A DNA stretch of 54,136 nt, the filler included, from Jimgerdemannia flammicorona (lineage: Eukaryota): NCBI GenBank assembly GCA_003990765.1. It is 3 parts of 3 records of this genome, joined end to end, with 100 filler letters (N's around TTAATTAATTAA, not from the genome) between each part and the next. Parts side by side here need not be neighbours in the genome. Positions count along the whole stretch, not along the records: positions 1 to 17,982 come from RBNJ01002341.1; 2 more parts are not named here. The stretch is one strand, 5' to 3'. Position numbers and translations under genes: made by a program. The first letter of the stretch is position 1. The number at the start of each line of letters is the position of its first letter. A model generated the notes under the pieces. That model worked only from the letters and a program-made list of their open reading frames with translations. It made no database searches and was not told the DNA's origin. Positions 1-11,601 of this stretch are shown piece by piece.

Positions 1-1072
1 AATAGATTCAACAATGGCTGCCGACAAGGAAATACGGGCCGAGGCTCTAGGTGAAAGCGAGTGGGACGTACTTAGGAATGTTGTCAGAGTTTTGGAAGTA
101 AGTGGTGGTTGCCCTGGCTCCACACTCGTTTTGTCTGCCTCCGCACAGTGCAATACCTCACCACATATAACTGCCAGTGTTTCGACGATTGTACAAAGGA
201 TATAGTCAAACAAACGACCCCGACAATAAGCTCTGCGATACCAGTATATGTACAACCTTCTGATTGACCGGCTAGAGGACAAGCTCGAGGACAGGCTAGA
301 GGGTTGTGGTGATTTATGGTTAAGCCTGGATCAGAGAGACGCCGTGGTGGTTGCTCTAAGCAAGCTTAGAGAATACTATACCCAAACAGATACCACCGTA
401 TACTCAATCAGTACAAGTATGTTGATGTCGGCGTGTAGCCATTACCCCTTCCAAAACAAGAGGAAACCCCGCAAAAACTCACTCTCCTTTTCTTCGAACA
501 GTGCTGGACCCACGCTTAAAGCTACAATACCATAAAGATCAGGGCTGGGAGCAGCACTTCATTGAGAGAACCAAGCAGGCCGTAATTGAAGTGTACTGGA
601 AAAACTATGCACCACTGCAAGGTTCTGGCCGAAGTCCGGACGAATATGCCGAGGGATCCCTCCTGTCCCACATTTACTTCGGCAGAAAGAGGAAGAGGGA
701 GCCATCAGTGGAAGAGCTGCCATCAATAGATGAACTTACCATTTACCTCACCAGCGACCGCGTGGTCCTGCTGGAGGGCACAGAGGTGCTCAACTGGTGG
801 AAGGTGGGTTGTCTGGTGGGCATTGGGCCAATTTAACCCACCAATCTAACCACCGCTCTACTCTACCCATGGGGCATGCAGCTGCGTCAAACAGACTTCC
901 CCAGCCTGTGTGGTATGGCTTGGGACTACCTGGCGATTCCTGCCTCCAGCACTCCCGTCAAGCGGGTGTTCTCAGGTGGGGTGGACCTCATTGCCCCAAG
1001 AGGTGTGTGCTGAATGCTGAGACAATCCGGGTGTGTATGTGTCTGAAGTCTTGGTGGGGCTCAGGCCGCTAA
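1..1072 (+). pseudogene. hAT-family transposase, C-terminal part (spliced, frameshifted)
   Basis: Joined exons read EWDVLRNVVRVLE..PTISSAIPV..VLDPRLKLQY..EVLNWWK|LRQTDFPSLCGMAWDYLAIPASSTPVKRVFSGG..LNAETIRVCMCLKSWW, the hAT dimerisation domain. GT..AG introns at about 98-178, 417-501 and 804-880. Frameshifts near 248 and 997. Confidence 0.9.
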
Positions 1073-1139
1073 AATTCGGCAGGTCCGCGGATAAGTTGGT
1101 TGGCCTTGTGGAATATTTAATATCTTTCAAATTAATAAA

Positions 1140-1724
1140 AAGGAAAAAAACCCGAGGACTCGGCCCGGAGTTTGCAGCCAAAGTGGGGCGGGGTTGGCAG
1201 CCCCAAGCTGCCAGTGCCTGGGTCGGTGGGCGGGTTGGTGGGCAGGTCGGCGGAGGGAGCGTGCAAAATTTGCGGCTCTCCGCTGGCAGCAAGGGGCAGC
1301 CCCAAGCCACAAGTGTCCGGGTCGGGGGGGGAGGTGGAGGGAGTACGCAAAATTTGCGGCCCTCCACCAGCAGCGAGAGGCAGCCCCAAGCTGTCAGCGC
1401 CTGGGTCAGTGGGCGGGGTCGGTTGGTGGGCAGGGCAGGTGGAGAGAGTGCACAAAATTTGTGGCCCTCCGCCAGCGGCATAGGGGCAGCCCCAAGCCGC
1501 CAAGGAGTCCGGGGCGGAGGGTGCTTCTGGCAGTCGAAGGGTGCTTCTGGCAGTCGGAGGGTGCTTCTGGCAGTCGGAGGGTGCTTCTGGCGGTCAGAGG
1601 GCATTTCCGGCAGTCGAAGTTGCCAGTTCGGGTCCCACGGGCACCCCGGCCCTGCACCGCAGTGCCGCACCGGCGGCACTACAGAGCAGGGCCGAGGGGC
1701 CGGTAGGGCCCTGTATAACGGCTA
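1140..1724. repeat. Subterminal repeats and probable right end of the first hAT element
   Basis: Recurrent GCAGCCCCAAGC and CAAAATTTGCGGC units, and a 20-bp tandem GGGTGCTTCTGGCAGTCGGA at about 1519-1620. Ends ..CCCTGTATAACGGCTA, a CTA terminus typical of hAT elements. The left end is outside the window. Confidence 0.6.
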
Positions 1725-1825
1725 AGCTAGTGCTACATAAGAGGCGCCCGGCCCAACCCCCCCATATAAGACTGTCCAACCTGCACAAAATAGCTGCCTA
1801 ACCCTCATGAAAGATTGCCTAACTC

Positions 1826-3851
1826 TCACAAAAACTGCTCCACCTGCCAGTCCCAGGCCTTGATGAGCCTGTCATCCGTTGTGAGTGCGACGACTGTTGT
1901 GTCCAAGCTCTCCTCGAAGGCGACGGTGCCGTGGTGGTCATGTGGTTAGAATAGGATGGCCATGTTGGCCGCAAACGGGACCCCGAAACCATAGGTGAGG
2001 TCGTACCAGACTCCGCCGCTGTCCTCCCAGGTTGGGCCCTTCCTTTCCGAGACGTAAAACATTACCGGAGTGACATTGTTGTCTGTGTGTATGGGTAGAG
2101 AAAGGTTGCGCCCGACATATCCTGATGTGATGTGAGCGTACGGTTGGGTGAACCCTTGGCCCAGGACCTCATACTGCCAGGCTGTGCTGGTGGATGCCTG
2201 CCCTTGGTCCAGCCCCGGGAGCCCCGGCTTGGAAACCTGCCAAAACGGACGGCAACCGGTCAGTCCTTTTTGTGTTCAGGGGGCAGAAACCCCCCGGGCC
2301 GCAGAAACCCCCTGGGCTGCAGCACCCCAAAAAAGCAGAGCTCCTCACCTCATACAGCATGCTAAATTGCGCCAAGAATGTACGTACAGCCGCGCCGAGA
2401 TCACCACCAAGCTGGCCTGCCGTACGCTCTACCAATCTGCTCAAAGAACCCCAGATCATAGCCACCATCGCCGCACAGGCCGTGTCATGCTTGCGCGCAG
2501 TTTGCTCTTCGATGGCACTTCTAAAGTTCCGGTAGGGGTACAGAATCTTGTGTATCCCTGGAATTGTATCAAAAAGAGTATGTCGGCGAAGAGTGTGATT
2601 TATCTGGGGAGGGGTTAAAAAAAAAGGGAGACAAGTGTGGGGGATTTCGGAACCCACCCTTCACCAGTGTTGCAGTATACCCAATTCCCGTCCAAACCCC
2701 CCCTCCTTGCTTTTTTCGCCCCCTCTTCCCTGCCACCCAGTATTTGACACAATCCTCGCAAATCTCGTTGATGTGGCAGTGAAGCTCGTCGCCGTAGAGG
2801 TTCCTTACCACCATCGCAACCATAGATATGGTTCTCTTCATCGTTGGTTACTCCTGCTGGCCAATGGACCCCTTGGTCAAGTATGATTGGCTCTGATTCG
2901 AATGTAGACCCCCAAGCCTTGATGATGATGTTGGTACTGCTCATGCTGAACATCTTGCCCTCGAATTTCTCTATTTGATCAGATGCTGGACATGGTTGAA
3001 CTCGGGTAACTTTGAACTCTCCTTTCCACTGGAACTGAGCCCTGATCTGGGGGACCAAGATAAGTATGCGGATGGGTTGCATATGGGCGGGTTGTGGGCG
3101 GGTTGCGTGTAGGCGGGTTGCGTGCGGGCGGGTGGGTTACATGCGGATGGGTTGCATGCGGGTTGCGTGCGGGTGTGGGTGTTTTTTAGGGGGAGACCAT
3201 GTAAAAATGAAATTAAATAAAACACAGAGATGGGTATTTCAGAAAAAGAGCACGAGTGAGTGAGCTGCATGCCGATGAGTTGCATGCCGACGAGTTGCAC
3301 GCCGACAAGTTGCACGAGTTGCACAAGAATTGCTCACGAAGGCTTGCTTCTGTTCCTTTTGAGACCTCCACCACGCGATGCATTGACTCAACAGCTCAGC
3401 TACCAAAGGCATGCCCCACAATGTCCGCCAGCCTTTCTTCATCTTGACCAGATATTGCGAATAAAGTTGGCAGATCTCGCCATAGAGCTGTGGACCCTGA
3501 GAAAAGCACGAGGTGAATTGGATCATGCTGGGGAAGTTTAAATAAATAAACACAAGTAAACAAGTGGTGGCCGAGTGAGCAACCTACATCTACTATTGGC
3601 TGCTCCAAAAAGGCTGCTGCGTACATAGCTATGAGGTCTGTGAATTCTGAGGTCCGAAGGGCCGCCATGAGTTGTTGTCGGAATTCTCTCTCATCCCCGC
3701 TATCACCATTGCCATCGCCACTGCCACCGCCACCGCCATCACCCCTTTGGCTCTCGATGAGCAGCTTGTGTGCTGTCCATATGAGAAAGAATCTAACATT
3801 GTCAGCAGAGAGTGCGTTTCCACCTTGAATACTCCCTCTTTTGACGATCAT
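1826..3851 (-). pseudogene. TET/JBP-like 2OG-Fe(II) dioxygenase pseudogene (multi-exon)
   Basis: The minus-strand frame reads GRNLSLPIHTDNNVTPVMFYVSERKGPTWEDSGGVWYDLTYGFGVPFAANMAILF*PHDHHGTVAF. HxD lies at 2089-2081, the distal His at 1933-1931, and one TAA at 1948-1946. Upstream exons include KRGRKKQGGGVWTGIGY. The 5' limit is uncertain. Confidence 0.6.
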
Positions 3852-4054
3852 TGCAGGGTGAAAAATGAGTAGACTGGACCAACGTACGAAATTTAGGGCT
3901 GCTGTTTTGTTTACTCGTGATGTGGCAGGAAAGAATAAAGAAAAAGAACAAAGAAAAGAAGGGAACAAAGGAAAGGGTGATGTCACCAAAGTGTGGCAGA
4001 AAAAAAAAACAAGAGCGAAATGAACAAAAGAAAGGGTGATGTCACCAAAGATTT

Positions 4055-4235
4055 CAATCCGAATGGATCAATCCGGATGGGTCAATCCGGATGGGTCAAT
4101 CCAGATGGGTCAATCCGGATGAATCTGGATCAATCTGGATCAGATCACGAGACCAATCCGAGTTGATTCGAATCTATCACATGACGAATCTGAATAGAAT
4201 CTCATTTGGATCAACTCCATTCGTTCAGAGCACTA
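4055..4235. repeat. Subterminal repeats plus hAT-type terminal repeat
   Basis: Tandem ATGGGTCAATCCGG-like units ending ..CAGAGCACTA. Its reverse complement TAGTGCTCTG matches the consensus TIR start of the hAT element at 25125-31821. Confidence 0.55.
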
Positions 4236-4239
4236 TATA

Positions 4240-4406
4240 TAACAAAGTTCTAATTTATAATTTGATATTACTTAATTATTTAATAACTCTTTTATAGTCT
4301 ATACTGTTTTTATTAGCTCTCTTATAGATTATATAATATTTTATTGAGATTTTTTTTTTAAAAAAATTATAGTTATTATACTAATTAAATCTACTAGTTT
4401 TTATAA

Positions 4407-4439
<33 letters not shown>

Positions 4440-5339
4440 TAAAAAAAGCTTTAAATATTATATATAATATAATATTATTTCTATATAAGTAACTTATTTT
4501 TAGATTATAATATATTTTAATTATAATATACTTTTTATTAAATATATTATTTTATTTTATTATTTTTTTTAAAGTAAAGTTTTCTTACTTTATTTACTAT
4601 ATATATATCTTATTCTTTTTTATTAATATATTATAAAATTTTTATAAATATATTTAATAAGTCTTTATAGCAAATCTTCAAATTATATTTTTGTTATAAT
4701 AAAAGAAATAGTTAATAAGATAGAGTTAATAATAGTTATAATAAATAGTAAAATATTATCTTTAGATTTATATATTAGTATTACTACTATCTCTTTATTT
4801 TTTCTTTTTATCTAAATTAAATAATATTTATAAGACTTTAATAGAATTTTTTATAGTGAGAATTATTTAAGCAATAAAGATAGAGATGGCTATTTAGATA
4901 ATAGATAGTAGAAATAAAGATAGCTATAGCTGAGATCATAAAAGTAGAGATAACTTTCCTATACTTATTAGATAGAATTACTTCTCTCCCTTCTCTCCTT
5001 ATATCTTTTGATCTTTTTTATTCTAATAGTGAAAAAGAGATAAATAGTTCATTATTACTAATAGTAATAACATTTACTTCAGCTTTAGGTAGAGATTTCT
5101 AATTTAGACTGAGAAAGTATTAGTATAGTAGATTTGTAAAACTGAAAAGAAATAACTTTAAAAGAGCTAGTATTAGTATTAGAGAAGTTCACTTATATTT
5201 CACACAGTGGTTGAGTTATAAACATTACTGTATATATGTCACTATATAAATGTCACTGTTCAAAAGAGAGAGAAATTATGAACTCACTAAAATCCTATCC
5301 CCTAACCTGCACCCATTTTTGGAACCCCTCAACTGTGTA
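4240..5339. other. Extremely AT-rich decayed repeat relic, possibly a DNA transposon
   Basis: Abrupt AT-rich, CpG-free block. It ends in ..CCCATTTTTGGAACCCCTCAACTGTGTA, which resembles a TA-flanked Tc1/mariner end. No readable ORF. Confidence 0.3.
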
Positions 5340-5735
5340 CTCAAAGTTTGAAAATGGAAAAAAGCTGTGATGCCAGCTTCGTCTGATACCTGTCCAAAAA
5401 TAACATCTCGTCTCAACTTTGAGTACGACTAATGACCTGTGCCCACACGTTTGCGAATCGGACTGATTTTGTGGTCGTCCAGTAACTCAGAGATACTGAA
5501 CTTATATTCACAAAATTAACCATACCCATACTTTTATTCGCAATGCTATGCTTCGCAATTATGCAATCATATTCCCATCACACTTCCCTATCCACTTTCC
5601 CACTAACTAACCACATGGTCACGTCGCAAGAGGTACCGAGATGCTCGATGCTAAACATAATCAATCCCGTTCCTCTACCTCGCTATCCACGCTACCGGGC
5701 CGCTACTAAGCAACGCCCGTTGTTGGGCTGCCGAC

Positions 5736-6968
5736 TCAGTCGTAGAAGTCAATGTGAGTTCCCGAGCTGAACCCGGCTTCGGTGAGGAGGAGGAGGTTGA
5801 CCAACTTCGTCGCCGAGTCCTCCATCCGAACGAGCTTGCTCTGCGATGGCGATATTGGGTAAGGGGACCAATGAAATTGATGACCAACCGAGCGACAGGA
5901 GAACTTCGAATTGAGACACCGAAAACGTAGTGTCGATCCCATATCCAAAATAAGCTCACACGTCGACCAGTTAAACCCACCTCTGTATGCATCTTGGTGT
6001 ACAATTCTTTCTGCTCCATGTCCCCCAGAGTGTTGCGCACGTCGCGCTGCATTTCATTATCCAGTGGACCGGGCGCGTACGAGAGAGTTTTGACGTCGTT
6101 GGAAGCCTATTGCATGAAGATAACGGATTAAAATGGAGGATGACGGATATGGTCTGACATTTGAGTTTATGGACCTCCCTTCCCCAGAAAATTGTACCTC
6201 TTCCAGAGCTATAACCTTCAATAGCTGGTCCCTGGCCGCCTTCGCCGTGGAATACAGCCCCCAGTACGGGAACGCCTGAATTGCCAGCAGAGAGGAGATA
6301 TTGACGATGACGAGGCTAGGCGAGAACGGGTGCACATCATCAGCGGATCGGGTTCTGGGACGGAAGTAGGAGAGGAAGGAGGAGCTGACGAATAGAAAAT
6401 TTGGTCAGATAGGCAATAGGCCATAAAGCGTCACCCAACATAGGAAAATGATATGAAGTTGGTTTATTACCAGAGCGCGCTGAAAGACACAATGTTAATG
6501 TCCGTGTAATGTTTGATGTCGCGCCAGTTGTAGCGGGCGACAGTTTGTGAGAGGTTGCCGAGGGAGGCAGCGTTGTTGATAAGGATGGCTTTGGTGATTG
6601 GGGGGCCAGTTTCACGGACATCCTTTAATGACAAAGTGGAGTTTCAAATTAAGACGGCATTTTTGCCCGGAATTGGGCCACGAACTACCATTCAACCATA
6701 CCTCAATGGCCGTTTGAATCTTTCCCAACCACTCGTCTGTCCTCTCAATCTCATCGAACTGCACGTCGCCCACGACCACGACCTTGGTGGTCTCAGACTT
6801 GAGCTCGGCCTGAACGCGCTCGAGGGCCGTAGTGTCGCGGCCGATGAGGATGAGGGTGAGGCGGGAGGGCGGAGAGACGGCAGACGAGGTAGTAAAAGCG
6901 TGAGCGACGGCACGACCGAAGCCGCGATTCGCGCCGGTGATGGTAACGAGGATATGCGGGTGGAGCAT
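5736..6968 (-). CDS. Sepiapterin-reductase-like short-chain dehydrogenase/reductase (multi-exon)
   Basis: Motifs TGANRGFG, LINNAASLG, VNISSLLAIQAFPYWGLYSTAKAAR (YxxxK), YAPGPLDNEMQ and C-terminal FSSGTHIDFYD*. The exons join in frame through GT..AG introns. Confidence 0.88.
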
Positions 6969-7282
6969 GATGTTTTTGCAGAGAGTGGTGGTATCACCAC
7001 CAGAGGTTTTGGATTTTAGAGGACGTCTTCTCAAAACACTTGGCGGATAAGCCACATTGCCACATGACGACTGTGGGCCGAGCTCGCCATGCAATCGAGA
7101 AAGACAAATACCACCATGAACGAGATTTCTCAATTGGCGAGACAGCCACCAACCGAAAATTCCCCGATCGATATCGACGACAGCCAGGGTCTTGCAAAGT
7201 AAAATCGGAACCCACTAGGACATCCTATTTGGAAGAACGCCCACCGATCCATATAAGGGTGATGGCACTGGTCATTCTCCTC

Positions 7283-7292
7283 GTGACGTCAC
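7283..7292. promoter_or_regulatory. Palindromic ATF/CREB-type site in a divergent promoter
   Basis: GTGACGTCAC about 50 bp upstream of the LSM3 ATG, within the 376-bp gap between the head-to-head SDR and LSM3 genes. Confidence 0.3.
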
Positions 7293-7344
7293 CCACACGC
7301 AAAAACGCCACCCTCCAAACCCACCACTTCGCAACTCTCTCACC

Positions 7345-8036
7345 ATGTCTGACGTCGTCCCCGCCCCCACCACCGCCGTTCCCGCCCCCGCCCCGGAGAC
7401 CAATGCCGTCGAAGAGCCCCTGGACCTCGTCCGCCTCTCGCTCGACGAGCGCATCTACGTCAAGCTCAGGGGCGACCGCGAGCTGAGGGGGAAGCTGCAC
7501 GTACGTGTTTAGCAGCTTCGCGTGTTGTGCGAGAAATCGAGGGCGCTGACAAGTGTATCGATGTATGACGTTGTGGTGTATTTTGCATTAGGCTTACGAC
7601 GGTCACTTGAACATGGTGCTCGGCGACGTCGAGGAAACCATCACTGTGGTGGATATCAATGAGGAGACGTACGAAGAGGTCATTCGGGTATGTCGCGGTT
7701 TCACAATTTACTTTCTCTACTGTCTTTCCATATTCTAACATAATAGGGAGGGCAGTACCAATTTGAATATCTCTCATTGTCCTCACTTTTTTTTGTTATT
7801 GGTCCTGCAGACGGTGAAACGCAACTCGGAAATGCTCTTTGTGCGTGGTGACGGCGTGATTCTGGTACGTGTGGATATGGCATATACATTCTATGTAGTT
7901 GACCGAATGTCCATCGAGCCCATATTGACCTCGCGCATTGTGTCTATTTCGACCTCATACTCAATCTTGCTCCTTTTCTTTCTCTTCCCGCCATGTACAC
8001 GCTACATCGCAGGTCTCGCCACCGTCGCGGGCGTGA
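7345..8036 (+). CDS. LSM3: U6 snRNA-associated Sm-like protein LSm3 (4 exons)
   Basis: [47 protein letters not shown]..|[25 protein letters not shown]. Introns at 7501-7591, 7688-7810 and 7865-8012. Confidence 0.96.
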
Positions 8037-8406
8037 CGGGTACGGTGAGGGGTTGCGTATGTTTGGAACATTTATCCTATATCCATATTGTGTGATTGGA
8101 GTTGTTTTGCGATCGGAGTGAGTGCCTGACCAGTAGTCACTGTTTGATCATTTTGAGTACTGTATCGAGAACCAATATAGTGGATTTTGTTTTTAATAGA
8201 GAACCGAACATGAACTCAGCTTGTCCGTTTTCTTTATAATATGTAATATAGCACTGCCCCTTAAAAAAATACTGTCATTCGTTGCGTGTGACGTCTGTCT
8301 CGACGGCGTCACAATAGAGTGTCAACATCAAAGGCTTTTCAAACCCCGGGGTGTGGTATCAGATCCTACATGCCCACATCTCTAACCCCCCCCCTCCCCT
8401 CTGGGC

Positions 8407-10403
8407 TCACTTCCTCAACGCCTGCCCAAAGTTGACCCCCTCCTCGCTGAAGTCCTGCCGCCACAGGACTTCCTGGGCGTAATACAGTCCGGGCACGTGG
8501 CAGTTGTCTTTGCACGTGTAGATGAGCAATGTACCCCAGTCCAGCGAGTTCGAGACGGCGTGATCGATTTGGAGGTGGATAAGGAGGGTGGACAGGACCT
8601 GTGTAATCGTGTACCGTATTGGAGGAGGCTTTTGGTTAGACTCGTTCCGAGGGTGCGGGCGCGTCTTGGAGAGTGGGGCCGATTACCTGGAACTCGAATG
8701 TGCGCTCCCCCCCGCAGTGCTCGCACCGCGGGATGTCGTCTGGTTCCGGCTTGCCGTGGTCGCTGACCCAGAGTGGGTTGGGGTTTTCGAGCTCGTATTC
8801 TACGCGCGCGTAGCTATGGTTTAGTCGAGACGTGAACGAAGAGGAAAGAGCGTGGGCGATAGCATGAAAAGGGGAACCGAAGAAACACTTCATAAAAAAC
8901 CCGTCCGTTCCCAATCTCTAGCGATAAATAACAATGCCTTTGGATCGTATCGTACCGTAGAACCTGCTCGGGCTCCAGCTCAACTTTCTTCTGGAACTTG
9001 AGGAACGCGCTGTCGACGTTGACTTTCGTGTTTTCGTAGGTCTCGTCGCCGACAGGAACGAGGGCTCGGGATGGATCTGGATTACATGACGCATAGTAAG
9101 TGCAGATGAGGGGACAGATCACACTAACCGTATTAAAACATACATCAGCAGAGGAATAGCCAATAGACAAAACAGAAGAGATTGAAGAGTAATACCCTCT
9201 CCTCACATGCCCAAATCATCCCAACTATCCTTCGTACCTCCTCAAAAATAAAATGAAATCGTACCGAACCCAAGCTTCGCCACTCCCTCCGTCACTTGCT
9301 CGACCCCATCAACCCCACGCTCCTCCTTTATCGTCTCCTCAAAGTACCTCTGCTGCTCTTCTTCCTCCTCCGCCTCCTCGCCGGCCCCCTCGGGTTCCGA
9401 AACGATCTCTTTCTCCGGGAATACCCACCCCGCCTCCCTCAATGACCGCTGGTCCAACTCCACTAACTGCGCCGGTACGTCCCCACCCAAAGGGCACGTG
9501 CGTTTGTGTAAACCTTCTGTCCAGTGTGCCTGCTGGTGATCGCGCGAGCAGTAGTGCGCCAAGTGGCACTTGGAGCATGTCTTGGGTCCGTGCAGAGAGC
9601 AGACTGTACAGAGCGGTGGAGGAGTGAAGGGAGCCGGGACGAAAGGCGCGGGTGCAAGTTTCGACGTCGGGTTCGGGTTCGGCGTCGCCAGGGTTGGTGT
9701 TGTCGTATCGTCGTCGTCGTCGTCGTCGTCGTCGTCTTTGGATGTCGGCGGATAGTATGGGTTATGCTGGGGGAGTTGGCTGCGGTACACTTTGAAGCTG
9801 AGGTGCGGTGGGGCAAGGGGATCATCATCAGTTGTATTCTCATGAAGATTGTATGTCGCGGAAGTGAACAAGGCATGCACGGAGAATCCGCCTTTATACC
9901 TGCTCCTCCAAGACTGTTTATGACATGATCCTTTCCTGCAGCAGAACACGTAGACAGTGCGGTGGTATGACTCAATGGGATGGTCCTCTGGCGTGTAGAG
10001 CTTCAAGTAAGGCGCCAGATCAAAGCATATTGAGGAAGTTGTATAGACTTGAAATACTGCAAAAGAAGCGAGAGAGGCCTCCGGATCAGATCAGTTCCTC
10101 ACCTGTACCAGTAACTTCAATGGCTTCCCGCAGACTCCGCACTTGACCGCCTCCACATCCAGTATATGCTCCGGGTTTAGCCACGCCTATGTCCAGAAGC
10201 AAATCGAGAGGAATCAATATTCCACTCACAGCTCCCCCTCTTCTCTCCAACCAACCTCCGATCTCATTTCTTAAACGCACTGGCTTTCCGCCCAACTTGC
10301 TCGGAAACGTGTCGGCCGTCAGGGGCGTCACGGGGTCCTCGGCAAAGCCGAGTTGGACCACCGCGGCGCGGCCCGCGGGTACTTCGTCCTCGATGTCGGA
10401 CAT
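8407..10403 (-). CDS. PDCD2/TSR4-like protein with MYND zinc finger (multi-exon)
   Basis: VQLGF..FPSKLGGKP, YHRTVYVFCC, MYND finger CTVC..CSKC..YCSRDHQ..HW..HKRTC, and a PDCD2_C region IPRCEHCGGERTFEFQ..LDWGTLLIYTCKDNC..QDF. Confidence 0.9.
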
Positions 10404-11541
10404 GGTGGAAAAAAGAAAGAACCCTTGAAGGCACCAGAGGCGAAAAACAAAATTACCTTCTTGTGGCTTGTACCGCACGTGGTTTGACTGGTTTGGGTTC
10501 GAACAGAGATACTAGGCTTAAATCCACTTGCAAGCAAAAAAGGATAGATGAAACATCTCAACAATGAGCGTGGCAAACTTTAACCGTCTCTCAGAAGGCA
10601 AAAAAGCAATCAATATTACAAATATATCTTTTTCAAATAAATAAATAAATAAAATAAACATGAATCTATAAATATAGTTTTGATTTAAATAAAATGATTT
10701 GAATTGATAGGCTCCAATTCAATTCACCTCTCATGAGTGCTTCAAGGACCAGCTTCTTTTCCAAATTGCGGTTCACATGAGAAATAACGTGACTTAGCAA
10801 GACCCATTACATAATTATACACGTGGTTTTATCTTCGACCGCTACGCCTATCCGTTGTGGCACCCACAGAAATCTCGGCCGAGCCGTCAAATAACGAGAC
10901 ACTGAGCCGGATAACCCCGATATACAGCAGTAGTTGTAAGAGAATGCGAGCTGAAAGCTTATCCAAGTCAAAAATGATGGAAGAAAATTATATTACACAC
11001 AATAAAAAAAAGTTCACAAGGCACATGTCATATTCCACGCAATAAAAAGTTCAGAAGGCACATGCTATGTCAGGCTTTGTCTCTGGCGACCACTTATTCC
11101 AAATTCTTACATTCGCGTCGTCTTGTTCCTTGTCCCGCTGTCTTTGCAACGACCCACCATTAGTCGATCCTTTCCCTGAGAGAGAGACTAACGATCTGTA
11201 TCACACGTATCGTGGGTATAATTCTGTGTGACATCATCTCAGCCCATGGTTAACATTCCCCAACACCGTCGACATCAGAAAGAGAGACTGGGACAGCATC
11301 CCGGGTTTGCGGTCTAACCCCTTCACTAGTGGCCTTCGGGTTGCTCTGAAGAAAAATTTAGGCACGCCAACCCTGAGGCCGCACGGGGCGGGCAAATGCG
11401 TGCGGCGACAGGTTGTTGGGAACTTTGACGCTTTTTTGACATGAAAAAAAGGTAAAGCATCCTATTTTATTTCCCGACTATGTGCTACGCCTTTTTTTTT
11501 TTTTTTTCTGTCCACATACGCTGACATTTTTTGGCCGACGC

Positions 11542-11601
11542 GCCGGTCTTGGCTGCTCTTAAAGCCAACTGATGAGCCCCTTGAGCAAGGGCGAAACTGG
11601 T
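11542..11601 (+). ncRNA. Type III hammerhead ribozyme
   Basis: GUC cleavage triplet 11546-11548. Stem I TTGGCT/AGCCAA. Core CTGATGA 11569-11575. Stem II GCCC/GGGC. GAAA 11593-11596. Stem III GCCGGT/ACTGGT. Loop I GCTC is complementary to loop II GAGC. Confidence 0.88.

Noticed and set aside
1728..1734. TAGTGCT as the left TIR pairing with 4229-4235
   Set aside because: Only 7 bp match, the 8-bp flanks differ, and the TET-like frame seems to run through it.
972..1801. Several long overlapping ORFs on both strands
   Set aside because: They arise from GC-rich subterminal repeats that lack stops and carry no domain signal.
11200..11225. Resemblance to hairpin-ribozyme loop B (ACACG..GTGGGTATAATT)
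   Set aside because: It lacks the AGAAAC strand and a loop A partner.
11310..11380. Telomerase RNA template (CTAACCC / CAACCCT)
   Set aside because: No stretch covers 1.5 repeats of TTAGGG.
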